DNA of 58,316 bases, filler included, from Dugesia japonica (taxonomy: Eukaryota), in NCBI GenBank assembly GCA_001938525.1. It is 6 parts of 6 records of this genome, joined end to end, with 100 filler letters (N's around TTAATTAATTAA, not from the genome) between each part and the next. Parts side by side here need not be neighbours in the genome. Positions count along the whole stretch, not along the records: positions 1 to 8,616 come from MQRL01072485.1; positions 8,717 to 17,263 come from MQRL01623307.1; 4 more parts are not named here. The stretch is one strand, 5' to 3'. The notes beneath the pieces are model-generated. The model was not told the DNA's origin and did no database searches. It saw only the letters and a program-made list of their open reading frames with translations. This document shows, in pieces, positions 1-11,599 of this stretch (position 1 is its first letter; each line of letters starts with the position of its first letter). A program made the position numbers and the translations under genes.

Positions 1-929
1 GTTGTCTTCTCTCTTCCCTAGTTTATCTTTGTTTAAATTCTAGGTTATTAACAGGCCTGTTTCAGCCCAACATTGGTAATTTTTGCGTGATTTGGTCAAT
101 TATTTCATTTAGTCAATTTGGGTCAGTTTATGGGCGATGTGGGTAAAACATTTCCTTGTAAATAGAAAGTTGTATAATTTTTCGACGATTCGGTTAAATA
201 TTTCCATGGGATTGATAGTTTTTGGGTGATTTGGTTTAATCTTTTCTCGAGAATGGTCGATTTGGGTTGAATTTAAGGAAATCAATGGTAAAAGTCGAAT
301 TTTTTTAGGTTTTCAAGTTTTTTAAAAGTTTGTTTGGGATTTTTTATAAGAATCCTCCCAAATTTTTGAAAATTATTTATGTTGAAATTTTTAGATCATT
401 TGATGGAAATTATTTTTCATAAATAAAAATTTTTAAAAAAATTATTTCTCATCTTTTTATAAAATTACTATGTCTATTAGATAGAGAATTCTTTGCTGAA
501 GAATGGATAAATAAATATTAAATTGATTAGAAGTCTCTAAATATTTTATGAAATTGCACAGTTGTCACATATTATTTGATGAAATTGTATAGAAGTATTA
601 AAACATTTTATAAAATTTATGTAGTGAGCTACTATCCCACTACTAATATAAATGAAGAATGCAAGATAAATGAATAATATGTTAATAAACATACAAAGGA
701 TGTGTCCATTAAAAGTATGAGAATAGTGCAATACGAATGCCTCTCACAAGACATTCCAATATTACTAATGGAAAGAAATACATAAAAATTATTGTTTCTA
801 ACACTGACAAGTTTCATGACCCTCTAATTCATTTATATAATAATAACTTAGGAAAACATTTCACATTTAAATATTCTCCACTTAGATTATTAATAATTCG
901 ATTTTATATATTTTTAAAAACCATTTATC

Positions 930-1120
930 AATTTAAAACGTTTAAAATTAAAGCTTCGTTCAAAAAGTTTTTTTATTGTTGTTTTTTAGAATGATTCGAT
1001 ATTTCGACTTTGTTTTCGTCAGAAATTGACTTTTAATGAAGACAAAGTTGAAATATCGAATCAATCTAAAAAAACAATAAAAACATTTTTTTGATCGAAG
1101 CTTTTATTTTAAATGAATTC
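930..1120. repeat. Inverted pair of Penelope pseudo-LTR fragments (palindrome centred ~1025)
   Basis: Left arm aaagcttcgttcaaaaag...gattcgatatttcgactttgttttcgtca is the reverse complement of right arm tgaagacaaagttgaaatatcgaatc...tttttgatcgaagcttt; both match the PLE 3' repeat at 47440-47535. Confidence 0.75.
993..1027 (-). ncRNA. Minimal type I hammerhead ribozyme motif (slightly degenerate)
   Basis: Minus strand reads attt-CTGACGA-A-AAC-aaa-GTC-GAAA-ta-TC-gaat; core intact, one mismatch in stem II. Confidence 0.6.
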
Positions 1121-4008
1121 TGAAAAACGATCAATGGTTACGTCCAAATATAAATAATTAACTTTATTCAAAATAAAAAAATGTAAGTTTTATCATCTTT
1201 ATAATTTTAAAACCTTAGATTTTACTTATTATTGTAAAAGGTTTAAAGTGAGTGCATTTTACAATTAAAATTAATGTTTTAGATATTTTTAATAATATTA
1301 TAATTATTTGAAAATTATTAAATCCATCATACTTAATTTTATTCAATCAATATTTTCAATACTTAATAAATTTGCTATTATAATTTTAATTTTACCATGA
1401 AAATATATACATGGAATCTAATTTATTTTCAAAATTACATTTTTAAATTTTTTGGAAAACATAATTCAATTTACCAAAAAAGTATAGTTTTTATCAAATT
1501 ACTTGTTGAAAATAAATCAATTTATAATACTTAATTTATTCAATTAATATTATTTGAAATATTTCAATTAATAGTTGAAAATTATTTCAATGGGTTTTAA
1601 AAATCATATTAGAAATTAAACTTTAATTAGATTTCTACGATAAAAATAGAACAGTTTATTAAAAATACACGAAATCTAATTAAATTTCAAATTACAATTT
1701 AAAATAAACATCAAATTAATTAATTAAATACTAATTAAACAGTACATTTTCCACTTGTAAAGAGCAAAGATTTGAAAGAAGTGAGAACACCATTGATAAC
1801 TAAATATCAGTATACTGATAACGGAAATCTAGTGGTCACAACACAGAATATTGAAATCCTGTGTACAGATTGAGAGTTATAAGGTCTAAGCACTAGTACA
1901 TAGAGTTCTGATAACGAAAGACAGGTGAACAGTAAAATTTTATACAAATTCATGTAAAACATAACCCATAAAATTAACCTTATTGAATAAATTATCCATT
2001 TTTTATGTTCTTCTAAGTCTCCCAAATTAAGTATTTGTTTTTTCTAACTAACTTTTTTTTATAAGGTTTAATGATTTTAGGTTAATATATTTGTAATCAA
2101 TGTAAAATTCTCTATCAAATAGACTGGTTTTTAATTAAAGTTGAGATACTTTCATTTTTAATTAATTATTGAGAATTAAAAAAGTTTACCTTTTTCACAG
2201 TAAATTAATTTGACAAAATTATACCCTATATATTCTTGATTAGTAAAAATATTCTCCATCTAAGAGTACTTAGATCATTAAATTTAGATTAAAATTATAA
2301 AAAATAAAATGTATTTGTATCGGTTATCATCATGATTTTTTACTAGGTTTTTTCAAATTTTCTCTGTCAAAATTAATTTCTTAATTTTTAATCTTGAATT
2401 AAAAAAATTCTTAATCCCGAAGAAATATTGGACCAAATTCATCTGAACTAACCAAAAATTTACGTTATTTGACCTCACCAAAAAGTTCTTAACCAAAAAT
2501 CTTGAAAAACTTGTTACCACCTAATAAGCCTAAAAAAATTCATAACTTAATACACAGACAAAAATGAAAAAGAATTAAGCCTATTACATAAGATTTCATC
2601 GATGAAAATAATCTCATGACATAATTTGTGTGCAAAAAACAACCTCTCTGACATAATATTACCTAATATGATGTCATTTTTAAATCTCCAAATAAAAACA
2701 TTAGAATTAACTTTCATTACATCACTAATCTTTGGGTGGTTATTGAATGTGTGCAGAGGTTTACCGATGCTATCTATCTACAAATTTGTAATAACAATTA
2801 TTGTGAGAACAATTGTTGGAATTAAATATTGATAGTAGCACACATAGCCACCTCCTCTCCACCGTCAAAGTTGGTAAGGAATTCATTGGCTGAAAATTTC
2901 TGAACTGACTAAGAATTTCATTGGTCGAATTTTGACAAGAAACTTTTTTCGATTTAGGATCGAAATGGTAAAATTTCAAGTGTTTGGTTTATAACTTTCT
3001 CGGTCAATTTTTATTTAATCATTTCGAATTTGATATTAATCATCTTAGAATTAAAAACTAAACATTTCTTGTACATGGTTTGCTATATGAAAATGCTTGG
3101 TTTTCTCGGAAAAGGTAGTAGCCCAAATAGCCTTTTTGACTTGTTTTAGAAATTTCTCGGTCAAAATTAGTTGCATGGTTCTGAAAATGATACCATGGGA
3201 TATAGAATAAAATTCTAAACATATTTTGTAAATAGTTCATTGTATAAATATTCTTTGTTTTTTTTCTAAATGAAAGAAACATGAACAAATATTAATAAAA
3301 GAGGATAAACCTCAGATCAATGTGATGTTGAACAATGACAAAAATTAGAGAGAAATTTTGTAAAAAAAAAATTTATATCAATACAAATAAATAATATGTT
3401 TAATTTAAAATAAATATATTTATATAAAAACAAGAAATAATATTAATTAAATAAAATAAATGCTTTTAATACGAATTTGAAAAAAAACGTTTAAATGGTC
3501 TTTTATTTAAAAGAATCAATTTTATATAGAGATTAATCACTTTTAAAATGAATTTTAAAAATTTGTTGAAAATCCATTTTTAAAATAACATAAACTATAT
3601 ATAACAAATAAAAACACTTAGTATATTTACATAGTAAATAATTAAAACAACAGCATAAATTTCCAAAAATTTTAAAAATAATAGAAAAATTTAAAAATTT
3701 TAATTATTATATAATAATTGATGAAAATTTTCAAAATTTTATGTATGTAAAAATTTTAATCGAATAAAAAACCATTTAAAAATCACTAATATATTAAAAT
3801 TATTTAAAAACGAAACTAACAAATTAAACATTTTAAAAAACTATGTATCCAAAAAATAATAATTAAAAAATTTTTTTTTAAATTTTCGAGAATTAATTTA
3901 AAAATAAGATTAAAATTCCTAATTCAAATAAACCAATAAAAATCCTATTAAATCTAAAGAATTGAGTAACAAATATCTATTGTGTTGAATCAATCAAGAA
4001 GTCGTTAT

Positions 4009-4042
4009 GTTCCTGAAGGAGACTATTGTCGCAAATTTGAAC
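4009..4042 (+). ncRNA. Degenerate hammerhead motif in a Penelope pLTR copy (~3960-4155)
   Basis: gttc-CTGAAGG-A-GAC-tatt-GTC-GCAA-at-TT-gaac; stems kept, two core substitutions; flanks match 39290-39425. Confidence 0.5.
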
Positions 4043-4159
4043 TTTTTTACTAATACATTTTTTTGATCGAAGCTTTTTCTTTATTTTAATGAAATCTCAA
4101 ATGCGATCAATGGTCAAGTCTAAAAATTATTCTCACAAAAATTGTAGCTATAAAATGAG

Positions 4160-5252
4160 TAACTGAGTAAGTTATATTAATATCAGAATTTAGGGCGAGT
4201 ACAAAGATGAAGAATGGAGATTCGTTTTTAAACTCCACAAGTGTTATTCCTTAATTCATATTCTTGTTTAGATATCCCATATTTCTAACTATTGATGTGC
4301 TGCAATTATCTTTTTCAAATACTTGAACATATAATTCTCGGTAATCGCTACTTTTCGAAAGAGCTATGAATTTAACATTGAAATGATCAAAATTCGAGCT
4401 TGATGTTTTAAAGTAACCATTATATCGATCTTTGATATGAAATGCTACCAACAAAAAGTTTGGTAATATACGATCTCTAAAGATTTGTTCCTTATAAAAT
4501 GTTGTACTATCTTAATTAATTGGATAAGCCACAATTTCTTTGGCTCTTATTGGATAAACTACATTTTGCTTAGCAAGTTTTATTTGATGACCTGTTAGTA
4601 CGGATGATTCAACTTTAAATTTTCTAACCATCAATTCAGCATCAAGCAATACTAATTTTGGTTCTTCAGTTACATATTCTAAACCCATTCTGTTGGCTGC
4701 TCTTTTCAATCGAATGAGTAAATTAACACCAGAAATAAGATAATTTGGTTTATCCATGAAATCTAGTTGCAAAGAACCACATAGAGACAATGACTTTGAT
4801 AATTTAACCGACTTTAATTTGTCATATTTTTCTCCATAACTAATTGCTGCAAGAAAAATGTACTTACTATCTCCCTTATAATTCAAAACAGTTTCAATCA
4901 TAGCCTTTTGAATATAGCTTTCAATAACCCCTTCAATTTTGTTATTGTTGAATGAAAGGAAAACATCTTTAAATAGAGTAAGAAACACAAAGTTGCTTGT
5001 ATTACATCAGAATTTTCACTTAAGTATTTTCCAAATTTATCAACAACTTTTACTTATACATACAATAAATTATCATTCAAATACGACCCATTTATTAAAA
5101 ACTCTATATCATTTCTACTTTCAGAAATTGAATTTATTGAAAACACATCTTCAAATGATTCATATTCAATAACAACTTGAGGAGCAGAACGATCAAAAAT
5201 ACATTGTTCAGTTTTTTAACAAATCATTTTTCAAATATAGTTCTATAGCCAT
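4160..5252 (-). pseudogene. Polinton/Maverick major capsid protein (double jelly-roll), decayed, copy 1
   Basis: ORFs 4512-4988 (SLCGSLQLDFMDKPNYLISGVNLLIRLKR...LLDAELMVRKFKV...VVYPI) and 4251-4454 fit the Polinton MCP pattern; frameshifts; paralogous to 11600-14091. Confidence 0.75.
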
Positions 5253-5279
5253 TCATTTGTTTGTTTATACTTGAATGCT

Positions 5280-5590
5280 TACGCTTTAATCCAGAATCAT
5301 TGAGTTTTGATTCATTTGTAGTGCTGTTTTTGGTATTTATATCGTTACTTCTAGAGAAGTCAAAAAAGCTTTGAATTCAGTCAAATAATTTATCTTCAGA
5401 GATGGTAAAATATTTGCTTTATTATTTATTACATCATGTTGTGTTTTGATTTCAATAGCTTTAATACGTCTAAGAATAGGTAAAGGAAATCGACCAATTG
5501 TTTGCAACCATCCAGATCCAAACTGCTTTCCTACAAACTACTGTTTTTCTCCACCAGCTTGACTTGTACTATACAGTTTAATAATATTGT
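5280..5590 (-). pseudogene. Small Polinton ORF between minor and major capsid genes (Q-x-GG motif)
   Basis: Minus translation YSTSQAGGEKQ*FVGKQFGSGWLQTIGRFPLPILRR; homolog at 14143-14480. Confidence 0.55.
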
Positions 5591-5594
5591 GATT

Positions 5595-5980
5595 AGACAT
5601 TTCCTTTTTGAAAATGCAGAGTTAAATGAGTTTTTCAGTATTAAGTTAAGTTTATTAATTCCCCACTATCACGTCGTATATTAATTTCTATATTGTTTAT
5701 GCATGAAGTGGAAACTTGTAAATACATTCAATCCTTGATTATTATCCGAGCTACTTGATCATCTTCATAATTCTCAAACCATACAGATTTCAAAAGAGGA
5801 ACATCACCAACAATATTACTATAGATGGACATTAGATGTGAATTAGTGGTAAATTTTGTATATTTAACACCAATGAGTTCAGTGTGAACTATATTTCAAT
5901 AGTCACGAATATATGTTTGTCTGTCTAATCCCAATGATTTTGCTGAGAAATTATTGAATGTAAAATCAGAATGGTTCATC
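5595..5980 (-). pseudogene. Polinton minor capsid (penton) C-terminal fragment, copy 1
   Basis: IYSNIVGDVPLLKSVWF...INNIEINIRRDSGELIN...HLTLHF matches the mCP C-terminus; homolog at 14490-14690. Confidence 0.65.
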
Positions 5981-6339
5981 ATTTTTTATTGTAAGTGTTT
6001 TGAAAACATACTTTTGTAATGAAACTACCAAATTTATCGAAATTCGATATGTAATATTCGTGTTGTAAAGATATAGATTTATTAGTTTTCTTTGAAAACA
6101 CTAATTTTATTTTCAATACTTAATAATACTTCATATGATAATTTAATTTATCCATAAAAATTCTAAATTTAACCATTCATGAATCTAATTTATTTTCAAA
6201 TTATTTTGAATTCACCAAAACATAAAATTATTGACAATATATAGATCTAGTTAGATAATTGAGTACAGCATTTTAAAAAATTAAGAAAAAAATATTTTAA
6301 ATTTAAATTACATAATAATTTAATTTTTAATGAGTAATA

Positions 6340-7553
6340 TAAGAGTGTCCCATAAGTTTTTTCGTATTTTTATTTATTTTATTTATTTTACATACTAAAT
6401 AAAAGAAGAACACATAAATATTATGTCTCAAAGAAAAACATTTTAATTAATCGTTTGAATCCATCTATCGGCAAGTTACTGGATCCCGCGTTCATACCAG
6501 TGTTTGTTTTTTGATATGAAAAATTTTGGCACCCCTTTTGTACGTCATCTAAATTATTGAAAGATCGTCTTCGCAGAAAATGTGCCATAGACCGGAAAAG
6601 ATAATAGTCTGATGGCGCAAGATCTGGGCTCTAAACTGGATGTAGTAAAAGGTCAAAGGCACCCAGTTTTTCTATTTGTTTCCATTGTTTTCCTGGCAGT
6701 GTACGGTTTGTCGTTATCGTGAGGTAAAAGTATTCTCTTTCGGTTTACTAATGATGGATAATTTTGCTTTAATTTTGTGTACAACCGTTTCAGTTGAGAG
6801 CAGTAGAGGTGTGCGTTAATGGCCACATTGCTTTCAAGAAATTCGAAGATGATCACACCTTACCTAGGGTCAAGCCATTGATTATGTCTGTTAGAGTTAT
6901 CCACGTAGACCTATTTTTTTATCCGAAGTCACAATTCGGCGTATAAAACGGGTATCAGAATGATTTGAAAGCAGTTTTCAACACGTCACCAAAAAGTTGT
7001 TTTATTTTATTTTATGTCAATTTGTGTGGAATTTATCGATTCACTTTGCCCATTGAACGAAGATGTCTAAAAACTAATTTCATTTGAATATCGAGTCTGC
7101 CAAATAATCATCTAGTGCTGGTCGATGGATTAGCCTCCAGTGTGTAGCGTTTACATTTGAAATCCGTTGTTATACGCCTATCGGGTCGTGTTTGATCTTG
7201 AAGTGTATCCTGACCCAAATTAAGTTTTTTTGAGCCAATTTTGAGCAACACGAATGGAAACAAAGTTTTTACCTTATACCTCAAATATTTTCTTGCCCGC
7301 TTAATTTGCTTTGGGATTTTGTTTCCAATAAAGTTTTAAAAGTACCTTAATTTCAAATTTATCCATATTTCATCTAAATAAATTAAAACAATAATTTACA
7401 ATTATTTAATAGATAATAATTTATTGCCTGATAAAGGATTTAAAAACTTCAAAATGATAAATAATTATATAGACTCAAATATTTAAATCAACAACAAAAC
7501 TAACTTTAAAATAAAAAAAAACAAAAATAAGAAAACAATTATGGGACACCTAA
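6340..7553 (-). mobile_element. Mariner DNA transposon, decayed
   Basis: TIRs taagagtgtcccataag / aattatgggacacctaa, flanked by TA; transposase remnants LPHDNDKPY and SPDLAPSDYYLF. Confidence 0.9.
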
Positions 7554-7839
7554 TATAAAGAACTGTAAACATTTATGATAATTTTCTTTCAATTTTCTTA
7601 ACAATATTTCCATTAAATTGATTAACATGAAATTTGAATATCACGTAAATAATTATTTGTTGTTTCACATCAATCATCAATCATAGAAAAACGTATTTAG
7701 ATATATTTGATAAAATTCACCTAAAACTAACCAAACTTTATTATATTAATCAATCTACAAAAAAAAGAAAACATAAAATTATTATTCAGTTTCAACATTT
7801 GCAATGTTCTTTAAAAAACCGATTTAAAAAATATCTAAC

Positions 7840-8058
7840 CTCTATTCCAAGCTCTAGCCCATGACCAATGTTTGTTCCTCCCTGATACCGAATTTTTCTA
7901 ATTTCATTGATTAGTAACTGTCTACCAGTTTCATTCATTTTTGTAAGATTAGCAAGTATTGAAGCTTTATCGTGGAAAACAACAATACCAATTTCATCGT
8001 TATCATCAACAATCTTACGAATGAAAATTTGTACTCCATCTTTCATTACATCGATAAC
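7840..8058 (-). CDS. Exon of a CLCA-like VWA-domain protein
   Basis: AG/GT-bounded 219-bp phase-0 exon VIDVMKDGVQIFIRKIVDDNDEIGIVVFHDKA...GGTNIGHGLELGIE (VWA core). Confidence 0.75.
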
Positions 8059-8422
8059 CTAAATTGATATCTATTTAATTAATTTCTTTAAGTTTATTTA
8101 GTATAATTTCTTGTCGGGAAATTTCATAATTTGTATGCGAAATGAAATCAAACGTAATTTAGCAATTGTTTTGTTCTATTGATTTAAAAATAATTTTGTG
8201 AAATTTTTCTTAAGCTCATCCCTATTTTGTGCGATTTCTTTTGTGCGGTATATGAATATACAAAAGAAAGAGGCACAAATAAATTCCCCACAAAAACAGT
8301 TTTGAGTTAATTTGAAATATTTGAAATTGTATTGTGTTAATCCAATATCAATACACATACAAACGCATTTACATACCAATTCACGCACACATATTTCTCA
8401 ATAAATGTAAAAATATGTTTAC

Positions 8423-8532
8423 CTTTGCCATACTTGCAGAAATATCCAAAACTAAAACAATTTTTCTATTTCCAATTTTGAAAATGGTAAAGTTTGGTGG
8501 TTCATATTTTATTTTGTGATTTCTAACATTTT
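8423..8532 (-). CDS. Upstream exon of the CLCA-like VWA gene (MIDAS DxSxS)
   Basis: AG/GT-bounded exon NVRNHKIKYEPPNFTIFKIGNRKIVLVLDISASMAK, splicing in frame to 8058; P-x-F...VLVLDxSxSM is the CLCA pre-VWA pattern. Confidence 0.7.
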
Positions 8533-8557
8533 CTATGAAAATTTTATTATTAATAAT

Positions 8558-8559
<2 letters not shown>

Positions 8560-8616
<57 letters not shown>

Positions 8617-8617
8617 N
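8560..8617. repeat. (AAT)n microsatellite
   Basis: Perfect AAT run into a gap. Confidence 0.95.
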
Positions 8618-8716
8618 NNNNNNNNNNNNNNNNNNNNNNNNNNNNNNNNNNNNNNNNNNNTTAATTAATTAANNNNNNNNNNNNNNNNNNNNNNNNNNNN
8701 NNNNNNNNNNNNNNNN
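8618..8716. other. Assembly linker N-TTAATTAATTAA-N (also at ~17308, ~26090, ~35241, ~43768)
   Basis: Identical 12-mer with stops in all six frames, embedded in ~100-bp N blocks. Confidence 0.95.
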
Positions 8717-9717
8717 GTTAATCTTACTATGTTTTGAGTTAATCTTGCCGATTCTTCTTTACAAAAATTATATAATATTTTACTTTCTTCTTTTGTTAAT
8801 GATTTGCTATTCCCTTTATTGAATTTTGTAATAATCGATAAATATCTCATTTCTAATGATTTTAGAGACAATATAAGAACATTAATGGAAATGTTGAATA
8901 ATTTCTCCAAAATCTTAATCTTATTTATTGGAAAACCCGTCTTCATTATTTGATTTATATCTATACCATTTTCCATTAAAATATTAGTATTTATTCCTTT
9001 AAAATATTTTGAATAATATTTAAAATCACTTATATGATGTGAATCATTTGGTTGAGGAAATAAATAAGCAATTATATGCCAAAATACACAGAAATTATTG
9101 TTTGTTTTAATATTTATTATTGAATTGGATATAAATGGGAGATTTAACATATGTCCTCCACGTAGAAATTTAACTCTAGTGAATTCTAATGAAATATCTT
9201 TAAAACCTATTATTCTCCAATTGCTTCCTTGTAAACTNNNNNNNNNNNNNNNNAAAACATTATTTATACTAATATACATTTCTTCATAATTATTTCTACT
9301 ATTATTAAAACAAGTTAAAGGATGCGACTGAATTAATATATCCTGTTCTAAAGTATTTCTATTTTCTATCTCTTCGTTAATTAATAAATCATCTCTTTTC
9401 ATATAAACGGTGCAAGAAATTATAGATTTAAATTTTTTATAAGGACAATGTTCTATCTTTTCTTTAATTGTATTTTCAAAACCAGATAAATATGTATTTA
9501 TATTATCAGTTAAAAGTAAATCATGAGCTATAGTTTCTTTAAAATAAAATAGGTGGACATTTATTGTCTCCAATCTATTAATCTCTTGCTGTTGGCGATT
9601 ATATCTTCGCACTTCACGGTGAATAAAGATAGAGGAAGGTCTATTAAGTCTATTTATCCTATTTCTCCTAATAATCGGAGTTAAATTGGGATTATTATTT
9701 CTTCGTAATGCGGGCAT
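8717..9717 (-). CDS. N-terminal part of a Polinton-type protein-primed DNA polymerase B ORF, truncated by gap
   Basis: LQGSNW...KFLRGGHMLNLPF...SIINIKTNNNFCVFWHIIAYLFP...GFPINKIKILEKLFNISINV matches the GSGW / GxxYxxLP / IINixNxDxxCFxW / FEKxNxISINV motifs of Polinton pPolB N-termini; capsid genes lie in the same segment. Confidence 0.7.
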
Positions 9718-9792
9718 GTCTTTTTTAATATATTAATAACTTTTATTATTATTTATCTTATTTATTAAAATTAACATAAATTTTTAAAAGTG

Positions 9793-10018
9793 TAGTAGTT
9801 GTTAAATGGGACGGATGGCACTTGTGGCATTTTTTTGGATTTTTTCGCCGTTTTTTGCATGGTTCCATTTATTTAATTTAATAAATTTAACTAGTTGATT
9901 CAAATTTTGAGTTTTTTGTCATTAAATGGTAAAAACCCGCCAAAACGACCATTTTGGACATGTGAAAAAATCCCAAAAAAATGCTATGGGGGTCATCCAC
10001 CCCATTTAACAACTACTA
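9793..10018. repeat. ~225-bp element with ~55-bp imperfect terminal inverted repeats
   Basis: TAGTAGTTGTTAAATGGG...gcatttttttggatttttt versus aaaaaatcccaaaaaaatgc...CCCATTTAACAACTACTA. Confidence 0.8.
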
Positions 10019-11224
10019 ATATTGATTTCTTTTAATTTTGGGGCAGTCTTGATATTGTGAGATTAGGAAGACTTGAAATTTAGCAAGAGATCGGACAGTC
10101 CTGATATTTTTGTAAATGTATCNNNNNNNNNNNNNNNNNNNNNNNNNNNNNNNNNNNNNNNNNNNNNNNNNNGCAGTCTAAAATTTAAATAATTTAATTA
10201 AAATTAAAAAATTTAAACTTTGAGTCTTTGAGATATATTTGGAGAAAATAAACGAGTTTCTCTTAAGCTATGAAGAGCATAGAATATTATAAAATAAATC
10301 GATTAAAAACTTCAAAGAATAAATTTTTAAAAAAATAATTCCCAATTAAAGCACAAAAATTTCAACTCACCTCAAAACCACTCATACTCACAATAAGGGG
10401 ATATAAAATAAACACTAGGGATAAAATAAAATCGGGCAGCGGGGATAAATTAAAATTTTTCTGATTCAGAGCCTTTGATGGAGCAAGCACAATCAAGTAG
10501 GAAACCGTTGTATCAATTTTGGTATCATCCAAGTAACTTGTGTATTTATGATTCAGAAAACAATTATGAATAACGAACAATATACGAAATTGGGAAAGCA
10601 TTATCACAGTAAGGCATTCCAAGGGGAATATCAGTTAAAACAAATTGCACCCAATTATATAAATTAAAATGAATAAAAACCATTAATTTCTTTTAAAACA
10701 GGTAAGGACTAATAAAAAAAACAGATAACAAGTGTGTATGTATGGTTACAAGTATATAAGCAGTAGTTTTTGTTGTATACATCCGTTTTATAGGTCACAT
10801 TTATTCTCAATATGTATCAAGTGAAAAAAAAATTAAAAAACTGACAGAAGCAATTAACAGTGGATCCGTTCACAAAATCCAATTACTACTGAAGCTCGAA
10901 AATGGTCCAATGAGAAAACACAACTATGTGGAACTTATTGTCCAATCAATATTCATTGACAAAATTAAGGAAGAATTGAAGAAACAAAAGAGATTTAAAT
11001 TTGTTACTATAACTTTATTGACATCCATTGTGTTACTTTATTTGTTAAGACGGAATTGATGTAATCATTGTATTTTTATTGTTTAATAAATAGAGTTAAA
11101 TAATAATTCTGCTTATTTCCATACAATAACATAGTACTATACAAAATTAACGTTTTTCTTACGTCTTAGTAAAGAAAAATAAATGAACAAGATTTTTTTT
11201 GATAATTAAATCATATTTTTTGTA

Positions 11225-11598
11225 AACTACAAATACATGCAAAAAAATGTTGCTTTTTTAATAAACAGTGTTGTCTACAAGTAAATGGATTTTGATATCG
11301 AATTTTACTGTACACAATTAGTTTTGATAATTTTGATAAATGTGACACCATCATTGGTGGATAATAAAATTCCAATAAATCAAATATCATAATTTCAGCA
11401 GGTTTATAGTAAACAGCTGTCCAATGTTTTCCACATAGATTTGGTGTTTAAGTATTGACGAATAAGGCCTGGTTTACTGAAATATGCTGATCCAAGTCCG
11501 TTTGATGCACTCCGTTCAATCTGAATATAACTAATTAATTAAACAATAAATAATATAATAACTCTTACTTATTTGCAATTGTTTCAAGAATACAGCAT
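11225..11598 (-). pseudogene. Polinton adenain-like cysteine maturation protease
   Basis: Minus translation LNGVHQTDLDQ...FVNT*TPNLCGKHWTAVYY...IFDL...RYQNPFTCRQHCL: NT-x-G-x-HW, FD and Q...C catalytic motifs, directly downstream of MCP. Confidence 0.75.
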
Positions 11599-11599
11599 T

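Noticed and set aside
7792-8046. Stand-alone 84-aa gene
   Set aside because: It is an internal exon; splice sites place it at 7840-8058
11400-11520. Host exon after ttcAG (IERSASNGLGSAY...)
   Set aside because: An alternative frame gives the adenain catalytic motifs in the expected Polinton position
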